Positions 54,620 to 64,000 of a stretch of 64,000 bases of DNA are shown in pieces (within the stretch, counting starts at the first letter, position 1; each line of letters starts with the position of its first letter). The position numbers and the translations under genes are program-made. The notes beneath the pieces are model-generated. The model did not search any database. It was not told where the DNA came from and was given only the letters and a program-made list of their open reading frames with translations. The stretch lies in the NCBI RefSeq assembly GCF_009914755.1, contig NC_060930.1, one strand, 5' to 3'. This stretch comes from the human T2T-CHM13v2.0 reference genome, Homo sapiens.

Positions 54620-54910
54620 ATTGACCAGGTAGCTATTGAATTATTGAAATGTGGATAGTCTGAACTGAGATGTGTATAATATAAGTACTAGATTTTTAAA
54701 ATGTAAAAGTAAGTTTTGTCTAATAATTTTACATTGATTACATGTAAATCAATGAAACTGATGATATTTTGTAAATATCATGCTAAAGTATATCACTCAA
54801 AGAAGTTTTTCCCTGTTTCTTTTTGCTTTTTTGATACAGTTACTAGGAAAATTTTAATTACATATATGACTCAAAATTGTGGCTCACATTATATTACTAT
54901 CGAAGAGATC
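54620..54910. mobile_element. MER33 (hAT-Charlie)
   Basis: tgaaatgtggatagtctgaactgagatgtg...attgattacatgt...gtggctcacattatatt. Confidence 0.8.
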
Positions 54911-55083
54911 ATTCAGAGAGGGCATATAACTTATAGATTCCTAAAATCTGGTTTAATTAGATGTAGTTAAGGAAGAAACAAATGAGAGTATCATGAAATT
55001 TATCCCAAGTTTAGAAAGAAAGACACAGGAAAGTGTGCAAGATATTTCGTATCAGAAAATTGGTAATAGAAGGCTTTATGATT

Positions 55084-55170
55084 GGCAATATTTACTGAGT
55101 GTTTACTAGGTACCTGGCATTGCACAAACTTTATCCCATTTAATACTTATAAAACCCCATGAGGTAGAGA
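55084..55170 (-). mobile_element. MIR 3' end
   Basis: atttactgagtgtttactaggtacctggca...ccccatgaggtag. Confidence 0.75.
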
Positions 55171-56524
55171 CTAAATAAGGTGAAACCCATTTTCTGTATT
55201 TTTTTCCACAGTCATTTGCCAAAATTTAGCTTCTCTTTCTCTTTCATTTTGTTGAACTCTATAATCTTGAGGCATTTTTTTTTTACTATAGTAACGTCCA
55301 TTTAATTTTGGTATAGAATTAATACTAAAGAAACATTAAAACATTAAAAAGTGGTTAGGAAATGCATGTCTGCAGCAGACTCCTATAATCAATAAGAATA
55401 AAATATAAAAGAAAATGTTTCTTAAGTTTATACAGAGATATCATAGCTGCAGAGAAGGCCTAAATGGGACACTAGGCTACAAACACCTCTCCTTATCCAC
55501 TCCTTGACTATTTCAGGCCTTATTTCCTAAAATAATGCAGTTGGTAATAACATTGATCCAAGACAGGTGTTGCATGCTGGTATTACCCTAAAGCACTGGC
55601 AGTCATTGATAACCAGACTATGGCTCAAGAACAGTTTGGGTATTGTCCTCCCATTCCTTTTTCCTATCTATCATTAGATTTTTGAGTATCTTTATTTTCT
55701 TATCTATTACTTAAAATATCTAGAAGTTATTTTAACTCTGCTTTTCCTGAAGATTAACATAAATGTTGTTATATGTTTTGCTCTCTCTCTCTTTCCACAT
55801 TATCATGAAATTAGACCCCCCAATTGCAGTAGGAGTTTATGCTTCATTTTGTTCTGACATCTTCATTTGTATGAGCCACCACCAGGGAAACCTCATTAAC
55901 TGTGAATTTGAAAGCTTCATATAAACTACAAGTCTCTCATAAATCTAATCTTATTACAGGAGACCCTTACATTCTCCAGGGATACCCGTTGAGACTTTCA
56001 AGAATTCTCAAAGTCAAGAACACTATTATAGCACATAATTTCTTTCTTAAAAATTCAGTAATGCAGAATAAAAAAATATATGAAAGGTCTCTTCAGACTC
56101 TTAATGGTTCTAATAACACAAAGCCAAAATCGTATATAAAGTCATTTGAGAGATAAGAATTGTTATTTTCTTCCACCTCTTTATTGCTCACCAACTTTAT
56201 TGGTTGCCTACTGTCTGGGAAGTATTTCACAATGCAACAAAGTTTGCATCGTGTCATGAATGTAGCTGCATGGAAGATGATAAAGAGAGAACAATAAAAG
56301 CCCAAATTGGGATGAATTTTCAACTAGGAAAAATGGATGAGGAAGCTGATACCAGGTCACTAGCTGTGAAGCATAGAGATTCAATTTCAGTTGTGGTAAA
56401 TTATGAATTATTACCAGTTATTGCAAATGAAGACTGTTTGTAAATAATGAAAAGAAATTTGTAATGCCAAATGTAAGGAACTACTACTCGAGCTATTTAA
56501 TCAAAATTGAACTGATCGGGTATA

Positions 56525-56862
56525 CAGTCATGTGCCACATTACATTTCAGTCAAAGAACCACACATACAATGGTGATTCCATAAGATTATAATACTGTAT
56601 CTTTAATGTGCCTTTTTATGTTTAGATAAGTTTAGATACACAATACTTACCACTGTGTTACAATTGCCTCCAGTATTCAGTACAATAACATAATGTACAG
56701 GTTTGTAGCTTAGAAGCAATAGGTCATACCATATAGCCTAGATGTGTAGTAGGCTATACCATCTTAAGTTTGCTTAAGTACACTCTATAATATTTACACA
56801 ATGAAATTGCCTAATGATGCATTTCTCAGAACATATCATAGTCAATAATCGGTGCATACATG
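56525..56862 (+). mobile_element. Tigger3a/MER7A (TcMar MITE)
   Basis: ta-cagtcatgtgcc...ccataagattataatac...gcatttctcagaacatatc...tg-ta with TA target duplication. Confidence 0.92.
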
Positions 56863-57437
56863 TATTTGAATGCTAGTTGATCAATACAACATTCCTTGGA
56901 AAAAATGTTCAATTATTCTTAAATTTTTATTGATTCTCAACCTAGAGCAATACTTTATTGAGTGGCTAGTGGCTAATGTAGAAGCAAACAGATCAAAATT
57001 TAGCACCCCAAATTCAAAGCATCTGCACTCCTGACTTTCAATTGACAGTATATATTTGAAATCGCTGTCTAATATTCTCTGTCCATGGTGCCTTAATATC
57101 ACAATTCTAACAAACTCTGAATCATCATCAGTCAGGTCCATTATATTGCAGTCTTACCTCCCTTAATAGCTGCTTATATCTTTACATCTTTTTAATGCAT
57201 ACCAGAAATCCCCAAAGTGAATTTCGCACATTCCATGTATCCTTTTTGCCTGATTGATGTTGTAACCAACAGTTTTGTTGAATGAAATATGAAGCATGAA
57301 CTATTAAGTAGCATTTGAAAATCTTTGTTTTTTAAACATGTTTAATTTGATGATACTTTTGATACAAATAATGAGTTATCAGAGTTAGCCTCCTTTGTAT
57401 TCTACTTCTATATAACATAATTTTCTTCCTCACTTAA

Positions 57438-58935
<1,498 letters not shown>

Positions 58936-60374
58936 TTTGTTCCGTGGGTCTGATACAGTCTTTCATGAGTAGTTATTAATGATTTATGATAGAGGCCCTC
59001 CAAAATATTCATTAATACATCTTTCCCTTTCTTCTTACAATCACTTTCTCTGAACTATACACCCACATGCACATAAACACACAATTTACATCTGAGGCTA
59101 GATATTTAATAATTTTTAATTCACACAGATTATAAATTAATGAACAACATGATACTTCTTTAATTGAAGAAGTGTACTTTCAGAGTAAAATAAATGTTAA
59201 CTAACCTTATTTGTATTTCAGGGATTCAGCTTCCCTCCCTTCTAACTAACTTAAATGCCACACTGTGTTTCCGGATTTGTTAACAACTCCAAGCACATTT
59301 CCCTCCCCTTGCCTCTGTCAACCCCACAAGCTGTTCCTTCTGACTTCAAAGTGTAAATATTTTTGCTTCATCATCAGTTTTCTAGTCTGAAGGGAGAGTT
59401 GGCTCACCTAAAAAGAAACAGTACTTCGCAACAAAAACAATAGAATAGAGATGCTAATCAATGCTTCCTTTTAAAATATGTATGCCTTTTCCTCCAAAAA
59501 TAAAAAAGGAAAATTTCTTTTATAAAAGAATAGAGGCAACGTGTGAAACAGACCTTCAAATATTATTAATTATATTTTTTAAATTCAAGTTATTGAAATC
59601 AGACAGCACAATTAGCTGAATTACTTATGCATTCAGACAGTTATTTAGATCAGGTATTTAATATTTTCCAAAAATTAAAATGTTTGTAAACAAAAGTTCC
59701 CAAGTTACTCTCATGCTTTGTGCAGTTACCTCGATGTAGCTGGATGATGTATGCAAAAGTATCACCTTTTAAATATTGGCTTTGCTTTCGATGAACAGGC
59801 TCTAATCCTTTTGGCTTCCCTGTTCTTAGCTCTTAGTGCACGTAATCAATCTTTCCTGTTTATCCTGAAGATCAACACTGATGATCTTACAACCTGAGAC
59901 AACATAGTGTTGAGCTTAATCTAAAATGCAAATGTTGCAGTGTTTCAAACACATCACCAAAAGACAATGTTCATTTCGTATTTACTTTGTAAACTTCCTT
60001 TGCTAGCTGGCTGGCTGGATTCTGGTCAACTTTGGACTCTGCAGGAATATGAAACATTAATTATACTTGGGTCCATTTTTTTGATTTCTTAAATCCACAC
60101 TTCAAATGAAAGATGCGAAGAAGAAAGAAACAGACTTTAATCAAACATTTTTAAGATGCCATTTAATTGTGTAAGTCATTTGAATTGGTTCTCCTTGGTT
60201 TTCTTCACATTGTTCTAGTCAGTCATTGAAGGAGTTGCATTAAACTTCTAAGATTGTTGTGTTTATTGTGAACAAATGAAAATAGACCAGTTTTTTTTTG
60301 TTTTTTTTTTTTGTTTTTAGTATCTTGCTTGGCAGTGCATTAAGTGTTGTCCTACAATATGTTCTTTGCTTTTT

Positions 60375-60545
60375 CCCAGGCACTTACTAAATACATTTCA
60401 TCCCTCATTTTACAAGTGAAGAGAGAGTGGCACAGACGAAGCAACACGCTGAAAGTCACAAAGCTTAAGCAGTCAGGCATTGTTCTCTACGGCCAGTCAT
60501 GCTTGTTGTTCTGGCTTATGAAAGTTTTATTTCTGCTCCATTAGA
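60375..60545 (-). mobile_element. MIR fragment
   Basis: ccctcattttacaagtgaagaga...gcacaga...aagtcaca. Confidence 0.6.
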
Positions 60546-60573
60546 CAAAGGCCCTTAAAAATTACCTTTATAT

Positions 60574-62582
60574 GCTTACATATATATATATTTATACTTT
60601 AAATTCTAGGGTACATGTGCACAACGTGCAGGTTTGTTACATATGTATACATGTGCCATGTTGGTTTGCTGCACCCATTAAGCTGTCATTTGCATTAGGT
60701 ATTTCTCCTGACGCTACCCCTCCCCCATCCTCCAACCCCATGACAGTGTGTGATGTTCCCCACCCTGTGTCCAAGTGTTCTCACTGTTCATTTCCCACCT
60801 ATGAGTGAGAACATGTGGTGTTTGGTTTCCTGTCCTTGTGATAGTTTGCTCAGAATGATGGTTTCCAGCTTCATCCATGTCCCTACAAAGGACATGAACT
60901 CACCCTTTTTTATGGATACATAGTATTCCATGGTGTATATTTGCCACATTTTCTTAATCCGGTCTATCATTGATGGACATTTGAGTTGGTTCCAAGTCGT
61001 TGCTATTGTGAATAGTCCCACAATAAACATATGTGTGCATGTGTCTTTATAACAGCATGATTTATAATCCTTTGGGTATATACCCAGTAATGGGATCACT
61101 GGGCCAAATGGTATTTCTAGTTCTAGATCCTTGAGGAATTGCCACACTGTCTTCCATAATGGCTGAACTAGTTTACAGTCCCACCAACGGTGTAAAAGCA
61201 TTCGTATTTCTCCACATCGTCTCCAGCACCTATTGTTTCCTGACTTTTTAATGATCACCATTCTGACTGGTGTGAGATGGTATCTCATTGTGGTTTTGAT
61301 TTGCATTTTTCTAATGGCCAGTGATGGTGAGCATTTTTTCATGTGTCTTTTGGTTGCATAAATGTCTTCTTCTGAGAAGTGTCTGTTCATATCCTTTGCC
61401 CACTTTTTGATGGGGTTGTTTGATTTTTTTCCTGTAAATTTGTTTAAGTTCTTTGTAGATTCTGGATATTAGCCCTTTGTCACAGGGGTAGATTGCAAAA
61501 ATTTTCTCCCATTCTGTAGGTTGCCTGTTCACTCTAATGATAGTTTCTTTTGCTGTGCAGAAGCTCTTTAATTAGATCCCATTTGTCAATTTTGGCTTTT
61601 GTTGCCATTGCTTTTGGTGTTTTGCCCATGAAGTCCTTGCCCATGCCTGTGTCCTGAATGGTATTGCCTAGGTTTTCTTCTATGGTTTTTGTGGTTTTAA
61701 GTCTAACATTTAAGTCTTTAATCCATCTTGAATTAAATTTTGTATAAGGTATAAGGAAGGGATCCAGTTTCAGCTTTCTCCATATGGCTAGCCAGTTTTC
61801 CCAGAACCATTTATTAAATAGGGAATCCTTTCTCTATTGCTTGTTTTTGTTAGGTTTGTCAAAGATCAGTTCAATCAGGCAAGAGAAAGAAATAAAGGGT
61901 ATTCAATTAGGAAAAGAGGAAGTCAAATTGTCCCTGTTTGTAGATGACATGATTGTATATTTAGAAAACCCCATTGTCTCAGCCCAAAATCTCCTTATGC
62001 TGATAAGCAACTTCAGCAAAGTCTCAGGATACAAAATCACTGCAAAAATCACATGCATTCCTGTACTCTAATAACAGACAAAGAACCAAATCATGAGTGA
62101 ACTCCCATTCACAATTGCTACAAAAAGAATAAAATACCTAGGAATCAAACTTACAAGGGATGTGAAGAACCTCTTCAAGAACTACAAACCACTGCTCAAT
62201 GAAATAAAAGAGGACACAAACAAATGGAAGAACATTCCATGCTCATGGATAGGAAGAATCAGTATCATGAAAATGGCCATACTGCTCAAGGTAATTTATA
62301 GATTCAATGCCATCCCCATTAAGCTACCAATGATTTTCTTCACAGAACTGAAAAAAACTACTTTAAAGTTCATATGGAACCAAAAAAGAGCCCATATTGC
62401 CAAGACAATCCTAAGCAAAAAGAAGAAAGCTGGAGGCATCACACTACCTGACGTCAAACTATACTACAAGGCTACAGTAACCAAAACAGCATGATACTGG
62501 TACCAAAACAGATATATAGACCAATGGAACAGAACAGAAGCCTCAGAAATAACACCACACATCTACAACATTCTGATCTTTG
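60574..62582 (-). mobile_element. L1PA (PA4-PA6-like), 5'-truncated and 5'-inverted; inverted part 61872-62582 reads +
   Basis: ORF2 C-terminal peptides on - (60788-61532) and RT peptides on + ([27 protein letters not shown]); 17-bp TSD aaaaattacctttatat at 60557-60573 and 62583-62599. Confidence 0.97.
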
Positions 62583-62789
62583 AAAAATTACCTTTATATT
62601 CTATAGAAAATACCAATGTCAAGTTGGAAGTTAGAACTGTGAAAATCATTAATTACAATTCACTTAAGCATTGATTGTTTAAAACCAAAGATGGGATTAT
62701 TTCAAGTTACACTACGAACTTTCCCCCATCCTTTTTACTTCTCCATAATTACAAAGTTATTATATGAATAGCCCTTAGCCCACTATATC

Positions 62790-63400
62790 TTCCTCTTCCT
62801 TCCCCAAGGGTTACTGCAATCAGTATGGCACATGTGCATCACACCATATACATATATCATAAGGCATATATGATCATATGGAAATGTACGATTTAGTTTT
62901 ATGTTTTTAAAAAATGGAAGACTGTAGTTTGTTTTGTAACTTGCTTTTTTACTTAATAATATATCTTGGGCACCTTTATTTCAGTATATTTAAATCTGTC
63001 TCTGCCGCATTCTTCTAAAATGCTTTATAGTATGGGTTTTTCTGATTTATTTAATCATCCTCCTATTAATAGATATCTAGATTTCTTCCATGTGTTAATT
63101 ATGTGAGATAGTGCAACAATGATTATTCTCATGAATGCACATATGGTTTTTTTTTTAATAAGACAGATAATGTTAAGTGGAATTGCTAGGTCAAAAAGTA
63201 CACATACAAGGCACAAGATAATTATTTTTCTCACACTCTCTGCTTAATTAAAATATTTTTTTCATTTTTGCCCCTGGTGAATTAAAATAAATTTTGAATA
63301 TTCTCGAATTTTAGTGAGATTAGGTAGGCCTTTGTGTATTTATTGGTTATTTAGATTTCTGTAAATTTTCTATTTATTGTATGTTTCTCCTCAACATACA
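62790..63400 (-). mobile_element. L1ME4-like fragment
   Basis: ttttgtaacttgcttttttacttaataatatatcttgg...aagtggaattgctaggtcaaa. Confidence 0.75.
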
Positions 63401-64000
63401 GTGGGGAAACAGGATCATTTGTCCACTTTTCAGAATCTTCATTTTTAAGGAAAAGTTCTAGCATCTGAGCTAAAAAAGCATTTCCTTTCAAGTTTAATTG
63501 CTTAAAAATCAAGGTCTTGGTGTTATCCTCTAGAAAGAATTTGGATGTGATACTTCATTTTTGTACAGTCAGAAGCACTCACATATCTTCTTGTTTCTGT
63601 CTTGCCAAAGACTACACACTCAACCTATTTAGTAGGCATGCTTGCCAACAGATTCTAATTCTGATGGCTCTTCCCTTAAAAGAAAACAAATATCTCTCAA
63701 ATCCAATATTATTATGATGTTTATACTCCCAGAAAAGTCTGAAAATGTAAGAAATTCTGGTGGATAATTTAGAGGTTTATTCTTTTCATTTTGAGGGCGT
63801 TTGGGGGCAGCTCAGTCTTAAAAGAATTATTACTCTATAGAATATTAACATTTGTTTATTAGACTTCTCTTGGCTCTGCCAGTCATGACCTACTTAGCAT
63901 AAAAATGGTTATGTTAAATCAACTTGATAGCACTGGATAAGTTCCAAAATGCAATGTCTGTACGCATGTAAAGATATGCTGACTCAAACTAAGTACCTAA

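Noticed and set aside
60788-62494. 200-aa and 133-aa ORFs with reverse transcriptase and ORF2 C-terminal similarity
   Set aside because: Frameshifted ORF2 fragments of a truncated, inverted L1PA; not a novel RT system.

Overview
AT-rich, CpG-depleted primate (human-like) genomic DNA dominated by interspersed repeats: 9 Alus (J, S and Y classes), L1PA/L1MA-MB/L1MC-ME, L2, MIR, MaLR/ERVL/ERV1 solo LTRs, and hAT-Charlie and Tigger DNA transposon fossils. There is no CpG island, RNA gene, CRISPR array or intact long CDS. Almost all ORFs in the track come from Alu, L1 or simple repeats, or are chance ORFs. The best genic signal is a probable + strand terminal exon of an unidentified gene: acceptor at 26450/26451, short coding tail, ~1.5 kb 3'UTR with an ARE, a hairpin and a miR-17 seed site, and AATAAA plus a GU-rich element at ~27970-28005. 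A consensus CTCF motif and a G4/GC-box/AP-1 cluster follow. If that call is right, 1-26450 is mostly intronic and the rest is downstream sequence. Other notable structure: two twin-primed (5'-inverted) L1s, one inside a nested L2>L1>(AluJ, ERV1 LTR) stack; a bipartite palindromic AT minisatellite; an inverted Tigger3 pair; and several perfect palindromes that appear to have arisen by template switching inside old repeats. I found no convincing evidence of a wholly new biological system. Repeat subfamily calls come from recalled consensus sequences, not a database search, and boundaries of old repeats are approximate.
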